Assembly: GCA_016193045.1 (NCBI GenBank) | Contig: JACPSW010000086.1 | Location: 11,135-75,134, forward strand | Direction of reading: 5' to 3' | Length of the DNA: 64,000 nt | Source of the DNA: Candidatus Rokuibacteriota bacterium | Lineage (GTDB): Bacteria > Methylomirabilota > Methylomirabilia > Rokubacteriales > CSP1-6 | In this document: positions 1-13,338 of the stretch, piece after piece | How the letters are laid out: each line of letters begins with the position of its first letter | How positions within the stretch are numbered: the first letter of the stretch is position 1 | The notes under the pieces: generated by a model | Seen by the model: the letters and a program-made list of their open reading frames with translations, nothing else | Databases searched by the model: none | Told to the model about the DNA's origin: nothing | Program-made: the position numbers and the translations under genes

Positions 1-2
1 AA

Positions 3-203
3 CTGGACGCGATCCTCACCTACATCGACAAGCTGCGCCAGCTCGACACCGAGGGCGTCGAGCCCACCTCCCACGCGATCCCGATGGTGAACGTGATGCG
101 CGAGGACGAGGCCCGCCCGTGCCTGCCGGCCGGGGCGATGCTCGCCAACGCGCCGGAGCGCGAGGGCGACTTCTTCCGCGTCCCGAAGATCATCGAAGAG
201 TAG
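3..203 (+). CDS. gatC: Asp/Glu-tRNA amidotransferase subunit C, 5'-truncated at the window edge
   Basis: Frame-3 translation [39 protein letters not shown]...[10 protein letters not shown] stops at TAG 201-203, 2 nt before the gatA start. The order is the canonical gatC-gatA-gatB. Confidence 0.6.
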   Translation: MDAILTYIDKLRQLDTEGVEPTSHAIPMVNVMREDEARPCLPAGAMLANAPEREGDFFRVPKIIEE

Positions 204-205
204 CC

Positions 206-1654
206 GTGCCCACGATCGCGGAGCTCGGGGCCCGGTACCGCAGCGGGGAGGCGACGCCGACCGAGGTGGTCGAGTCCTATCTCCAGCGGATCGAGACGCT
301 GGACCCGCAGGTGCGCGCCTACGTGACCCTCACCCGGGAGTCGGCCCTGGCCCAGGCCGAGGCGGCCGGGAAGCGCCTGAAGGCGGGCCGGCCCCTGAGC
401 CTCCTCGACGGGGTGCCGCTCGCCATCAAGGACGTGATCTGCACCAACGGGGTGCGGACCACCTGCGCGTCGAAGATCCTCGAGAATTTCGTTCCACCGT
501 ACGACGCGACCGTCATGGCGCGCCTCGGTGCCGCCGGGGCGGTGATGCTGGGCAAGACCAACATGGACGAGTTCGCCATGGGCTCGTCCACCGAGAACTC
601 GGCCTTCTTCCCCACGCGCAACCCGTGGGACCTGGCCCGCGTGCCCGGGGGCTCCTCCGGCGGCTCGGCGGCGGCGGTCGCGGCCGACCTCGCCGCCGGC
701 GCCCTCGGCAGCGACACGGGCGGCTCGATCCGCCAGCCCGCTGCCTTCTGCGGCACCGTGGGAGTGAAGCCGACCTACGGGCGGGTCTCCCGGTACGGCC
801 TCGTGGCCTTCGCCTCCTCGCTGGATCAGATCGGCCCCCTGGCCCGGACCATCCGCGACGCGGCGCTCCTTCTCCAGGTCATCGCCGGCCACGATCCTCT
901 CGACTCCACCTCCACGGATGTCCCCGTCCCCGACTATCCGGCGGCGCTGGGGCAGGGGATCCAGGGCCTCCGCGTCGGCATCCCGAGCGAGTACGTCATC
1001 GAGGGCATGGACCCCGAGGTGGGGAAGGCCGTATCGGCCGCCATCGAAGCCCTGAAGGGCCTCGGCGCCAAGACGGAGAAGGTCTCCCTCCCCACGACCG
1101 ACTACGCGCTGGCCGCCTACTACCTGATCGCCCCGGCGGAGGCGTCCTCGAACCTGGCGCGCTACGATGGCGTCAAATACGGCCACCGCGCGGCGGGCGG
1201 GAAGGACCTCATCCAGATGTACGGGCGCACCCGCGCCGAGGGGTTCGGCCCGGAGGTGAAGCGCCGGATCATGCTCGGGACCTACGCCCTCAGCGCCGGA
1301 TACTACGACGCCTATTATGGCAAAGCCCAACGGGTGAGGACGCTGGTCCGGCGCGACTTCCAGCAGGCCTTCGAGCGCGTGGACGTGCTCGCCTGCCCCA
1401 CCACCCCCAGCGTCGCCTTCAAGCTGGGCGAGAAGGAGGATCCGCTCCAGATGTACTTCTGCGACATCTTCACGATCCCGGTGAACCTGGCCGGGCTCCC
1501 CGGGGTGTCGCTCCCATGCGGCTTCACCCAGAGCGGACTCCCCATCGGGCTCCAGCTGATCGGCAAACCATTCGATGAATCCACGCTGCTGAGCGCGGCC
1601 TACGCCTACGAGCAGGCCACGCCCTGGCACACGCGCGCCCCGGCCCTGACATGA
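206..1654 (+). CDS. gatA: Glutamyl-tRNA(Gln) amidotransferase subunit A (amidase signature family)
   Basis: GTG start at 206. The protein [30 protein letters not shown]...[15 protein letters not shown]...[16 protein letters not shown] carries the amidase signature GGSSGG/SIR. The supplied ORF (119..1654) is an in-frame 5' extension through the gatC 3' end. Confidence 0.9.
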   Translation: MPTIAELGARYRSGEATPTEVVESYLQRIETLDPQVRAYVTLTRESALAQAEAAGKRLKAGRPLSLLDGVPLAIKDVICTNGVRTTCASKILENFVPPYDATVMARLGAAGAVMLGKTNMDEFAMGSSTENSAFFPTRNPWDLARVPGGSSGGSAAAVAADLAAGALGSDTGGSIRQPAAFCGTVGVKPTYGRVSRYGLVAFASSLDQIGPLARTIRDAALLLQVIAGHDPLDSTSTDVPVPDYPAALGQGIQGLRVGIPSEYVIEGMDPEVGKAVSAAIEALKGLGAKTEKVSLPTTDYALAAYYLIAPAEASSNLARYDGVKYGHRAAGGKDLIQMYGRTRAEGFGPEVKRRIMLGTYALSAGYYDAYYGKAQRVRTLVRRDFQQAFERVDVLACPTTPSVAFKLGEKEDPLQMYFCDIFTIPVNLAGLPGVSLPCGFTQSGLPIGLQLIGKPFDESTLLSAAYAYEQATPWHTRAPALT

Positions 1655-3111
1655 GGATGACGACCGACTACGAAAGCGTCATCGGGCTGGAGGTCCACGC
1701 CCAGCTCCTGACGCGCTCCAAGATGTTCTGCGGCTGTCCCACGGCTTTCGGGCGCGCGCCCAACTCCCAGACCTGTCCGATCTGCCAGGGCATGCCGGGG
1801 GTCCTGCCGGTCATCAACCGGCGCGCCATCGAGTTCGCGATCCGGACGGCGCTGGCGCTTCACTGCACGGTCAACGCCGGCTGCCGCTTCGCCCGCAAGC
1901 ACTACTTCTATCCTGACATGCCGAAGAACTACCAGATCAGCCAGTACGAGGAGCCGCTGGCGGTAAACGGCTGGCTGGAAATCGAGGCACATGGGACCAC
2001 CCGTCGAATCGGCATCGAGCGCCTTCATCTGGAGGAAGATGTGGGGAAGCTCGTCCACGAGGGGACGCTGGAGACGGCGCGGGCGAGCCTCGTGGACTTC
2101 AACCGCTCGGGCGTCCCGCTGATGGAGATCGTCTCCAAGCCGGACCTCCGCTCCCCTGAGGAGGCGGCCGCGTACCTGAAAACCCTGCGCGCGATCCTCA
2201 TGTATCTGGGGGTCTGCGACGGCAACATGGAGGAGGGCTCGCTGCGCTGCGACACCAACATCTCCCTCCGACCCCGCGGCTCGACGGACTACGGGGTCAA
2301 GGTCGAGATCAAGAACTTGAACTCCTTCAGGAACGTCCAGCTTGCGACGGCCTATGAGGGTGAGCGGCAGAGTGCAGCCATCATGTCCGGACAGATCATC
2401 GTCCAGGAGACCCGGCTCTGGGAAGCGGACAAGGGCAAGACACTCTCCATGCGCTCGAAGGAGTACGCCCACGACTACCGCTACTTCCCGGAGCCCGATC
2501 TGGTGCCGCTCAAGGTGGAGCAGCGCTGGGTCGATCAGTTGCGGACGACCCTGCCGGAGCTCCCCGTGGCGCGCCAGCAGCGCTTCGTCACCCAGTACGG
2601 GCTGCCGGCCTACGATGCCGAGCTCCTCACGCAGAGCCGGGCCCTGGCGGACTATTACGAGGCGGCGGCGCGCGAGTACCCGAAGCCGAAGATCGTGTCC
2701 AACTGGGTGCTGTCCGAGCTCCTCCGCGAGCTGCCGGGCGATGACGAGGCCGCCCTGGCCCGCTGCCCGATCCCGCCGAGAAACCTGGCGCGGCTCCTGG
2801 CCCTGATCGACGGCGGGACCATCAGCGGGAAGATCGCCAAGGACGTCTTCGAGAAGATGTACAGCTCGGGCGAGGACGCCGAGACGATCGTCAAGCGCGA
2901 GGGGCTCGTCCAGGTGGCCGACACGGGCGCCCTGGCGTCCGTCGTGGACCAGATCCTGGCCGCCAACGCCCACGCCGTGGAGGATTGGAAGAAGGGCAAG
3001 AAGCAGAGCCTCGGCTTCCTGGTGGGCCAGGTGATGAAGGCCACCCAGGGCAAGGCCAACCCCGCGATCGTCAACCAGCTCCTCCTCGAGAAGCTCCCGA
3101 AGCAATCCTAA
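1651..3111 (+). CDS. gatB: Asp-tRNA(Asn)/Glu-tRNA(Gln) amidotransferase subunit B
   Basis: [34 protein letters not shown]... is a typical GatB N-terminus. Its ATGA overlaps the gatA stop. Confidence 0.9.
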   Translation: MRMTTDYESVIGLEVHAQLLTRSKMFCGCPTAFGRAPNSQTCPICQGMPGVLPVINRRAIEFAIRTALALHCTVNAGCRFARKHYFYPDMPKNYQISQYEEPLAVNGWLEIEAHGTTRRIGIERLHLEEDVGKLVHEGTLETARASLVDFNRSGVPLMEIVSKPDLRSPEEAAAYLKTLRAILMYLGVCDGNMEEGSLRCDTNISLRPRGSTDYGVKVEIKNLNSFRNVQLATAYEGERQSAAIMSGQIIVQETRLWEADKGKTLSMRSKEYAHDYRYFPEPDLVPLKVEQRWVDQLRTTLPELPVARQQRFVTQYGLPAYDAELLTQSRALADYYEAAAREYPKPKIVSNWVLSELLRELPGDDEAALARCPIPPRNLARLLALIDGGTISGKIAKDVFEKMYSSGEDAETIVKREGLVQVADTGALASVVDQILAANAHAVEDWKKGKKQSLGFLVGQVMKATQGKANPAIVNQLLLEKLPKQS

Positions 3112-3247
3112 GGCCGGGCCGAGAGATCCCGGCGTTCTCGGTCGTCGGGCATCCTCAACGTACAGCCGCGTACGCCTCCGGTGCCCTCCTCCCTCGGGCC
3201 TTGGGCTGCTCGGCTCTCGGCCCGGCCTTGGGGCCGCGCTCCAAACC

Positions 3248-3277
3248 TTGGAGCTCTCGGCCGGTGCGGCTTATAAT
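3248..3277 (+). promoter_or_regulatory. Sigma-70-type promoter candidate upstream of ftsE
   Basis: TTGGAG, an 18-nt spacer, then a perfect TATAAT at 3272-3277, 15 nt before the ftsE ATG. It is flanked by a 14-bp inverted repeat GGCCGGGCCGAGAG (3113-3126) / CTCTCGGCCCGGCC (~3205-3218). Confidence 0.35.
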
Positions 3278-3291
3278 GGCGTATTCCTTAG

Positions 3292-3963
3292 ATGATTCAG
3301 CTCCAGGGCGTGTCTAAGGTGTACCGGGTGGGGCCGGTGAAGGTCACGGCCCTCGCCGACGTCTCGCTCGAGATCGAAAAGGGCGAGTTCACGGTCCTGG
3401 CCGGGCCAAGCGGGTCGGGCAAGACGACACTCCTCCGGCTCCTCTACCGCGACGAGGTGCCGACGGAGGGCGAGATCCGGGTCGCCGGCTTCGACGTCAC
3501 GGGCATGCGGCGCTCCAGGATCCCCCACCTCCGGCGCGCCGTCGGGGTGGTCTTCCAGGACGCCAAGCTCCTGCCCGCCCGGAATGTGTACGACAACGTG
3601 GCCTTCGTCCTCCGGGTGCTCGGGACGCCGCGGCGCGAGATCACGCCGCGGGTCATGCAGACGCTGAAGGCGGTGGGGCTCTCCGCCAGGGCCCAGGCGC
3701 TCCCGGCGCAGATCTCCCAGGGCGAGCAGCAGCGGGCCGCGCTGGCGCGGGCGCTCGTCAAGGAGCCCGCCCTCCTCCTGGCCGACGAGCCCACGGGGAA
3801 TCTGGATGAGGCCATGGCAGACGAAATCCTCTACCTCCTGAGCGACATCTGGAACCGCGGGACGACGATCCTGCTGGCGACCCACCGGGCAACGCTCGCG
3901 GACCAGCTCAAGCGGCGCACCCTCGTGCTCGACGGGGGCCGACTCTTGAAGGACGAGGACTGA
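3292..3963 (+). CDS. ftsE: Cell-division ABC transporter ATP-binding protein FtsE
   Basis: Walker A GPSGSGKTT, signature ISQGEQQRAALARAL and Walker B LLLADEP. It is followed by ftsX. Confidence 0.85.
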   Translation: MIQLQGVSKVYRVGPVKVTALADVSLEIEKGEFTVLAGPSGSGKTTLLRLLYRDEVPTEGEIRVAGFDVTGMRRSRIPHLRRAVGVVFQDAKLLPARNVYDNVAFVLRVLGTPRREITPRVMQTLKAVGLSARAQALPAQISQGEQQRAALARALVKEPALLLADEPTGNLDEAMADEILYLLSDIWNRGTTILLATHRATLADQLKRRTLVLDGGRLLKDED

Positions 3964-3968
3964 GCGCG

Positions 3969-4853
3969 ATGCTCTTCTTTCTGATCGGCGAGGCGCTGCG
4001 CGATCTCCGGCGGGGTGGGCGCGTGGCGGTGAGCGCGGTGCTCCTGATCATGCTGTCCCTGACCGCTCTCGGCGCCTTCTGGGTGCTCTCGCTCAACCTC
4101 GGCCGCGCCCTGGTCCAGTGGCGCGACCGCTTCCGCGTCGTCGTGTATCTGCGCGAGGAGCCGCCGGCGGGTCAGGTCGAGGGGCTCCTCGAGAAGATCG
4201 AAGGCGTCGGCGGGATCCAGCGGCTGCGGTATGTCTCCAAGGGCCAGGCGCTCCAGGCGCTGCGGCGGCAGATCGGCGGCCAGGCCAGCGTGGTGGCGGA
4301 ATTGCCGGCCAATCCGCTGCCGGCGTCAGTGGAGGTCACGCCCGCCGCCGAGGCTATGACTCCGGAGGGCACGCGGGCGCTGATCCAGCGGCTCTCCGCC
4401 CTCGCGGAGGTGGAGGAAGTCCAGGGGGGGACCGCGTGGGTGGAGTGGCTGGCCCAGTTCCAGGGACTGCTCCAGGCGATCGGCCTCTCGCTCGGGGCCG
4501 TCCTGGCCCTGGCGGCGATCCTGACGGCGACGACGGCGACGACGCTGGTGCTCCACGCGCGGCGGGAGGAGATGGAGATCATGCGGCTCGTGGGGGCTTC
4601 CGAGATGGTGATCCGCCTGCCGCTCCTCCTCCAGGGCCTGATCCAGGGCTTCGTGGGCGCCCTGATGGCGGTGGGTGGGCTCTATCTCGCCTTTCGACTG
4701 GCGCTGCCGACGCTGGAGCCGCTCCTGTCGGTCACGCTGGGGCTCCCCGGCGCCGCGTTCTTTGCTCCCGCGGAGATCGCCGTGCTTGTGGGCGGGGGCA
4801 GCCTGCTGGGAGGCCTGGGCGGGCTCCGGGCCAAGGGCGAGAAACCGGCGTGA
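3969..4853 (+). CDS. ftsX: Cell-division permease FtsX
   Basis: Four TM segments with a periplasmic loop. The protein is about 294 aa and sits immediately after ftsE. Confidence 0.8.
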   Translation: MLFFLIGEALRDLRRGGRVAVSAVLLIMLSLTALGAFWVLSLNLGRALVQWRDRFRVVVYLREEPPAGQVEGLLEKIEGVGGIQRLRYVSKGQALQALRRQIGGQASVVAELPANPLPASVEVTPAAEAMTPEGTRALIQRLSALAEVEEVQGGTAWVEWLAQFQGLLQAIGLSLGAVLALAAILTATTATTLVLHARREEMEIMRLVGASEMVIRLPLLLQGLIQGFVGALMAVGGLYLAFRLALPTLEPLLSVTLGLPGAAFFAPAEIAVLVGGGSLLGGLGGLRAKGEKPA

Positions 4854-6049
4854 GCGCACGGGCGATCGGTCTCGCATTGGTGGCTCTCGCCCTCCTGACG
4901 GCGCCGGCGGCGGCCCAGAAGCGCGATGACCAGACACTCCGCCAGAGCCAGCGCACCCTCCAGCAGACCCAGAGGCAGCTCAGGGACGAGCGGGCCCGGG
5001 CCGCCGAGGCGCGGCTCCGGGAAACGTCGCTCCTCTCCGAGCTCGAGGCCATCGAGCTGACCCTCGCCAAGAAGCGGCGGGACATCGACGCGCTCGGCCG
5101 GCGTATCGTCAAGGCGCAGGGCGAGGTCCGGGGCCTGGAACGGGACATCGGCCGCCTCGAGACTCAGCGCGTGGGGCAGCAGGAAGTCCTCGGCCGGCGC
5201 CTCAGGGCCATGTACAAGCTCCAGGCCCAGGGCGGCGCCCTGCCGCTGCTCCTCGCCGAGGATGATCCAATGGCGCGGGCGGTCCAGCTCCGCCACCTGA
5301 CGACGCTCGCGGTGGTGGACGCCCGGCTGATTCGGGAGTATCGTGGAATTTCAGAGCACCTGGGGGAGCGGAAGGGGCAGGTCGAGAAGCAGCGGCAGGG
5401 GCTGTCCGCCCTCCGGGCCCGGGTGGAGGGGGAGCGGGCGGAGGTGGACCGGGAGGCGGCCCGGCGCCGGGGGCTCCTGGCCAAGGTCCGGGAGGAGCGG
5501 GCCTACCACGAGCGGATGGTGGGCGAGCTCTCGGAGGCGGCCAAGCGGCTGGAGGCGCTGATCCGGGACCTCCAGGCCCGGCAGCGCCGCGTGACGAAGC
5601 TCCCGCCTCCCGGCAAGGGTGGCGAGCCCCCCACGATCGGCTTCGGGACGCTCAGGGGCTCGCTGCCGTGGCCCACCGATGGGCGGATCGTGAGCGCCTT
5701 CGGCGAGCAGGTGCACCCCCGCTTCGGTACCAGGACGTTCAGGCGGGGGATCGACATCGAGGCCGGCGAAGGAGCGGGGATCGTGGCCGTCGCCGCCGGC
5801 CACGTGGTGTATACGGGGTGGTTCAAGGGGTACGGGAACTTGATCATTCTCGATCACGGCAACGATTTCTACACGCTGTACGCCCACGCCGCGGAGATCC
5901 GGGTGAAGGAAGGTGACGACGTGCGGCAGGGCCAGACGATCGGCACGGTGGGGGACACCGGGTCCCTGGCGGGTCCCCGCCTGTACTTCGAGGTGCGCTA
6001 CCAGGGGCGGCCCCAGGATCCCGCCGAGTGGCTGCGGCGACGCGGGTAA
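4850..6049 (+). CDS. EnvC-like murein hydrolase activator (coiled-coil plus M23/LytM domain)
   Basis: GTG at 4850 overlaps the ftsX stop (GTGA). It has a signal peptide LALVALALLTAPAAAQ and a long coiled-coil. The C-terminal LytM motif is GIDIEAGEGAGIVAVAAGHVVY...GNLIILDHGNDFYTLYAH. The supplied ORF 4118..6049 is an in-frame N-terminal over-extension. Confidence 0.75.
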   Translation: MSARAIGLALVALALLTAPAAAQKRDDQTLRQSQRTLQQTQRQLRDERARAAEARLRETSLLSELEAIELTLAKKRRDIDALGRRIVKAQGEVRGLERDIGRLETQRVGQQEVLGRRLRAMYKLQAQGGALPLLLAEDDPMARAVQLRHLTTLAVVDARLIREYRGISEHLGERKGQVEKQRQGLSALRARVEGERAEVDREAARRRGLLAKVREERAYHERMVGELSEAAKRLEALIRDLQARQRRVTKLPPPGKGGEPPTIGFGTLRGSLPWPTDGRIVSAFGEQVHPRFGTRTFRRGIDIEAGEGAGIVAVAAGHVVYTGWFKGYGNLIILDHGNDFYTLYAHAAEIRVKEGDDVRQGQTIGTVGDTGSLAGPRLYFEVRYQGRPQDPAEWLRRRG

Positions 6050-6075
6050 AACTCGAGAGCGAGGAGGCTCTTCCG

Positions 6076-7350
6076 ATGGGTCCCATCCGGCAGGTCAAGA
6101 AAGCGGTCCTCATCACCGGGTTGCTGTTCGTGCTCACCCTCTCCCTCGGGGGCACCAGCGCCAGTAAGAGCACCGATCAGGGCGCGACGTACGAGAACCT
6201 CAAGCTCTTCACCGAGGTGCTCTCGATCGTGCAGAGCCAGTATGTGGACGAGGTGCCCCCCAAGGAGCTGATCTACAGCGCCATCAAGGGCACGCTCCGC
6301 GGCCTGGATCCGCACAGCTCCTTCCTGGACCCCGAGAGCTACCGCGAGATGCAGGTGGAGACCACCGGGACGTTCGGCGGCCTCGGCATCGAGATCACGC
6401 TGAAGGATGACCTGCTGACCGTGGTGTCGCCGATCGATGGGACGCCGGCGCACCGGGCGGGGATCCACTCCGGCGACAGGATCGTGAAGATCGAGGGGAT
6501 CGCCACCAAGGACTTGTCGCTCGCCGACGCGGTCAAGCGGATGCGCGGCAAGCCCGGGACCAAGATCACGATCACGATCATGCGCGAGGGGTGGACCGAG
6601 CCCCGGGACTTCACGCTCACCCGCGAGCAGATCCGGGTCCAGTCGGTCCGGGGCCAGGACCTCGAGCCGGGCATCGGGTACGTCCGCCTGCGGCAGTTCC
6701 AGGAGCAGTCGCCCAACGATCTGGACGCCGCGCTGGAGAAGTTCACCAAGAACGGCCAGAAGCTCCAGGGGCTGATCCTCGACCTGCGGAACGACCCGGG
6801 CGGCCTCCTGACCGCGGCGGTGGAAGTCACGGAGAAGTTCCTGGAGGACGGCAAGCTCGTCGTGTACACGGAGGGGCGCGTCCGGAACCAGAGCATGCGC
6901 TTCACCGCCCACGCCAAGAAGCCCTACCTGGACTTCCCCATCGTGGTGCTGGTCAACCAGGGGAGCGCCTCGGCCTCTGAGATCGTGGCCGGAGCGCTCC
7001 AGGACTGGGGGCGGGCCATCGTCCTCGGAACGCAGACCTTCGGCAAGGGCTCCGTCCAGACCATCATCCCCCTGACGGATGGATCGGGGCTCCGCCTGAC
7101 CACGGCCAAGTACTTCACGCCGAAGGGCCGGTCGATCCACGGCAAGGGCATCACCCCCGACATCGTGGTGGAGCCCCCGAAGGTGGCGGCCGCCGCCGAC
7201 CCGGCGAAGCCCGTGGTGCCGCCGCCCTCGCCCGAGGAGGAGCTGAAGAAGGACGTCCAGGTCCAGCGGGCCGTGGACATTCTGAAGGCGATGCGCATTC
7301 TCGACAAGGCCCGGCCCGCGTCGTCGACGCCGCAGGCGCAAGCGAAATAG
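6076..7350 (+). CDS. ctpA: Carboxyl-terminal processing protease (S41 family, PDZ domain)
   Basis: The S41 catalytic region is LILDLRNDPGGLL...LVNQGSASASEIVAGALQD. A PDZ motif GGLGIEI and a signal/TM region are present. Confidence 0.85.
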   Translation: MGPIRQVKKAVLITGLLFVLTLSLGGTSASKSTDQGATYENLKLFTEVLSIVQSQYVDEVPPKELIYSAIKGTLRGLDPHSSFLDPESYREMQVETTGTFGGLGIEITLKDDLLTVVSPIDGTPAHRAGIHSGDRIVKIEGIATKDLSLADAVKRMRGKPGTKITITIMREGWTEPRDFTLTREQIRVQSVRGQDLEPGIGYVRLRQFQEQSPNDLDAALEKFTKNGQKLQGLILDLRNDPGGLLTAAVEVTEKFLEDGKLVVYTEGRVRNQSMRFTAHAKKPYLDFPIVVLVNQGSASASEIVAGALQDWGRAIVLGTQTFGKGSVQTIIPLTDGSGLRLTTAKYFTPKGRSIHGKGITPDIVVEPPKVAAAADPAKPVVPPPSPEEELKKDVQVQRAVDILKAMRILDKARPASSTPQAQAK

Positions 7351-7358
7351 CCGTTTAG

Positions 7359-8357
<999 letters not shown>

Positions 8358-8373
8358 GGAGAGGTCGTGCGGC

Positions 8374-8393
8374 CCCCTCACCCCCCCCTCTAG
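8374..8393. repeat. Partial (left-arm) copy of the CCCTCACCCCCCCCTCT palindromic repeat, abutting the HK start codon
   Basis: CCCCTCACCCCCCCCTCTAG sits immediately before ATG 8394. It matches the left half of the 9479-9530 element. Confidence 0.4.
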
Positions 8394-9476
8394 ATGGCGC
8401 GGCTGGACTACGAATCATTCCTCTCGGGGTTGCCCGACGCCGTCGTGGGCGTGGACGAGGCGTTCCGGATCATTCTCTGGAACGCGGCGGCGGAAGCGCT
8501 GACGGGCAAGTCCGCGCGGCGGGTCCAGGCCCGGACCCTGAAGGAGATGTTCGCTCCCGACTCGTCGCTGGCGCGGCACCTGAGTGAGACCCTCCGGACG
8601 GGAGAGAGCCGGTCGGAGGCCGAGGCGATGATCGAGGGGGTGGACGGTCGCCCGATCCCCGTGAGTATCGTGACCGCGCCCATCACGGGGAGGAGCGGCA
8701 ACGTCGAGGCCGCAGTCGCCGTGCTTCGCGACCTTTCGCGCATCCGCCAGCTCGAAGAGGAGGTGCGGCGGGGGGAGACCCTGGCGGCGGCGGGACGGAT
8801 GGCGGTGGGGCTCGCCCACGAGATCCGCAATCCACTCGGCGCCATCCGCGGGGCCGTGCAGCTCTTGAAGAAGGAGCTCGGGGAGGAGGCGCGCTGGCGG
8901 GAGTACACCGACGTGCTGATGAAGGAGGTCGATCGGGTCAACCGGATCCTCGAGTCGCTGCTCGACCTCGGACGGCCCGTCCAGCTCCGGCTCGGGCCGT
9001 TGAACCTTCACCAGCTTCTGGAGCGCGTCGCGCTCCTGTCGGAGGAGCTGGCGGCGAGCCGCGGCGTCCAAATCGTCCGGCGCTACGATCCGAGCCTTCC
9101 GCCGATCCTCGCCGACGAGGACCGGATCCTCCAGGTCTTCCACAATTTGGTGCGCAACGCCATCGAGGCGATGCCGCGGGGCGGCCGCCTCACCCTGACG
9201 ACGCGCCTCAGCATGAGCCCGCTCTTCGCCAAGGTGGACCTGGGGACCGGCGCGCGGCACTTCGTCGTCGTGCAGGTGGCCGACGAGGGCGAGGGGATTC
9301 CCGAGGCGCTCAGGGCCAAGATCTTCGACCCGTTCGTCACCACCAAGGAGCGGGGGCTGGGGCTCGGGCTGGCGCTCTGCCACCGGATCCTGGAAGAGCA
9401 CAAGGGCGCCATCCAGGTCGAGAGCGTCCCGGGCAAGGGCACCACGGTCTCGTGCTTCCTGCCGATCGCCAAGTGA
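8394..9476 (+). CDS. PAS-domain sensor histidine kinase (NtrB/AtoS-like)
   Basis: A PAS region is followed by H-box GLAHEIRNPLGAI and the HATPase motifs NLVRNAIEAM and GLGLGLA. It pairs with the downstream sigma-54 activator. Confidence 0.8.
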   Translation: MARLDYESFLSGLPDAVVGVDEAFRIILWNAAAEALTGKSARRVQARTLKEMFAPDSSLARHLSETLRTGESRSEAEAMIEGVDGRPIPVSIVTAPITGRSGNVEAAVAVLRDLSRIRQLEEEVRRGETLAAAGRMAVGLAHEIRNPLGAIRGAVQLLKKELGEEARWREYTDVLMKEVDRVNRILESLLDLGRPVQLRLGPLNLHQLLERVALLSEELAASRGVQIVRRYDPSLPPILADEDRILQVFHNLVRNAIEAMPRGGRLTLTTRLSMSPLFAKVDLGTGARHFVVVQVADEGEGIPEALRAKIFDPFVTTKERGLGLGLALCHRILEEHKGAIQVESVPGKGTTVSCFLPIAK

Positions 9477-9478
9477 TT

Positions 9479-9530
9479 CCCCCTCACCCCCCCCTCTCCC
9501 CCAGTGGGGGAGAGGACACGGGTGAGGGGG
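9479..9530. repeat. REP-like nested palindromic repeat element
   Basis: CCCCTCACCCCCCCCTCTCCCCCAGTGGGGGAGAGGACACGGGTGAGGGGG has an outer CCTCACCC/GGGTGAGG stem and an inner CTCTCCCCC-AGT-GGGGGAGAG stem. Related copies are at 48677-48724 and 8374-8393. Confidence 0.5.
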
Positions 9531-9551
9531 TCATCGAAGGGTGAGGGGAAG

Positions 9552-11000
9552 ATGCCTGACGGCGGCATCCTGATCGCCGACGACGAAGACAGCCTGCGCT
9601 GGGTCCTGGAAAAGGGCCTGAAGCAGGCGGGCTATCGCGTCGTTGCGGTGAAGGACGGGGAGGCGGCCCTCCAGGCGGCCGGCAGCGAGCCCTTCGACCT
9701 GATCCTCCTCGACATCCGGATGCCGGGGATCGACGGCCTCACGCTCCTGGGGAAGATCCGGGAGGCGCGCCCGGACGCTCAGGTGGTCATCATGACCGCC
9801 CACGGCACCATGGAGACGGCCATCCAGGCGATGCAGCGGGGCGCCTACGATTACCTGGCCAAGCCCTTCGACATGGACGAGCTCCTCCTGCTCGCCGAGC
9901 GCGCGCTTCTGGCCAAGCGCCTCACCCAGGAAGTCAGGCAGCTCAAGACCGGGCTCCAGGAGGTATGGGAGTTCGGTGCCCTCGTGGGCCGTCACCCGCG
10001 GATGCAGGAGGTCTACAAGACCATCGGGCGCGTGGCGGCCAGCGACGTCACCGTGCTGCTGCGGGGCGAGTCGGGCACCGGCAAGGAGCTGGTGGCGCGG
10101 GCCATCCATCACTACAGCCGCCGCGCCGGCCGGCCCTTCGTCGCGGTCTCCGGCGCCGCCATTCCGGCAAACCTCCTCGAGAGCGAGCTCTTCGGCCACG
10201 AGCGTGGCGCGTTCACCGACGCCAAGGAGCGGAAGCTCGGGAAGCTCGAGCTGGCCCACGGCGGCACCCTTTACCTGGACGAGGTGGGCGACATGCCGCT
10301 CGATCTGCAGGCGAAGCTCCTCCGCGCCCTCCAGGAGCGCACCTTCGAGCGGGTGGGCGGCCACGACCCGATCCGCGTGGACCTCCGCGTGCTCGCGGCC
10401 ACGAACCGCGACCTGGAGGGGATGATGAGGGAGGGGCGCTTCCGGGAGGACCTCTTCTACCGCCTGAACGTGGTGACGCTTGCGCTGCCGCCGCTCCGCG
10501 AGCGCCGGGAGGACATCCCGCTCCTGGCGGAGCACTTCCTGGCCAAGCACGCGGGCGATCTTGGCGAGCGTGCCCTGGCTCCCGAGGCATTGGACCGGCT
10601 CGTGGGCTACGACTGGCCGGGGAACGTGCGCGAGCTGGAGAACGTGATCCAGCGCGCCATGGTGATGGCCCGGGGCGGCGTGATCCTGCCCGAGCACCTG
10701 CCGATCGAGCCGGTCTCCGCTGCGGCCACGGTGAGCGCGGACGCGAGTCTCGAGGAGGTCATCGAGAAGAAGCTCGCCGAGTGCGTCCGCGGCCTCCGCG
10801 GCCGCCCGGGCGCCAACCTCTACGAGCTGATGGTGGGGCTGGTCGAGAAGCCGCTCCTCAGAGCCGTCCTGCGCGAGACGGGCGGCAACCAGATCAAGGC
10901 CGCCGCCCTCCTGGGGATCAACCGCAACACCCTCCGGAAGAAGCTCAAGGAGCACGGCATCGACCCCGACGCCCTCGGCGGGGAATACGCTGGCAGGTAG
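9552..11000 (+). CDS. Sigma-54-dependent response regulator (NtrC family: REC + AAA+ + Fis-type HTH)
   Basis: REC residues are D...LLDIRMPG. The AAA+ motifs are GESGTGKE and GAFTDA, and ELFGHERGAFTDA is the sigma-54 interaction motif. A C-terminal HTH is present. ATG 9552 is preferred because the supplied 9504 start lies inside the repeat element. Confidence 0.85.
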   Translation: MPDGGILIADDEDSLRWVLEKGLKQAGYRVVAVKDGEAALQAAGSEPFDLILLDIRMPGIDGLTLLGKIREARPDAQVVIMTAHGTMETAIQAMQRGAYDYLAKPFDMDELLLLAERALLAKRLTQEVRQLKTGLQEVWEFGALVGRHPRMQEVYKTIGRVAASDVTVLLRGESGTGKELVARAIHHYSRRAGRPFVAVSGAAIPANLLESELFGHERGAFTDAKERKLGKLELAHGGTLYLDEVGDMPLDLQAKLLRALQERTFERVGGHDPIRVDLRVLAATNRDLEGMMREGRFREDLFYRLNVVTLALPPLRERREDIPLLAEHFLAKHAGDLGERALAPEALDRLVGYDWPGNVRELENVIQRAMVMARGGVILPEHLPIEPVSAAATVSADASLEEVIEKKLAECVRGLRGRPGANLYELMVGLVEKPLLRAVLRETGGNQIKAAALLGINRNTLRKKLKEHGIDPDALGGEYAGR

Positions 11001-11007
11001 GTAGTTC

Positions 11008-11036
11008 TTGACAAACCCGATTGAGAATGGGATTAT
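11008..11036 (+). promoter_or_regulatory. Sigma-70-like promoter candidate upstream of tusA
   Basis: TTGACA, a 17-nt spacer, then GATTAT. Confidence 0.3.
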
Positions 11037-11042
11037 CCCTCC

Positions 11043-13085
<2,043 letters not shown>

Positions 13086-13338
13086 CTACGGTCGTACTCT
13101 ACCGCCGTGGCTGGGCAGCGTCAAGCCTTCCTGCGGCTGACCCCCACCCCCTCGCCCCCTCCTCGGGGAACCCCCCCACCGATAGTATTTTTTTCTTTTT
13201 TCCCCCTCGTAAACCGGCGATAATACGCTCGGCCGGATCGGGAGGCGCCGGGCGGCGTGGTTCCCCTTCGGCATTCGGCAGCGCAGGTGAACGCGGTTCC
13301 CTTTGCGCTCGAGGCTCCGCCTCGAGAGAGGAGAAAGC

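Noticed and set aside
20-1630. 536-aa minus-strand ORF antisense to gatA.
   Set aside because: Its composition is the typical high-GC antisense artefact (Gly/Arg/Ala-rich, no domain motifs). It is wholly contained in the strongly supported gatA.
4118-4849. N-terminal 244 codons of the supplied 643-aa ORF upstream of the envC-like gene.
   Set aside because: It is the same frame read through ftsX in a different frame from ftsX. The envC-like signal peptide begins right after GTG 4850, which overlaps the ftsX stop.
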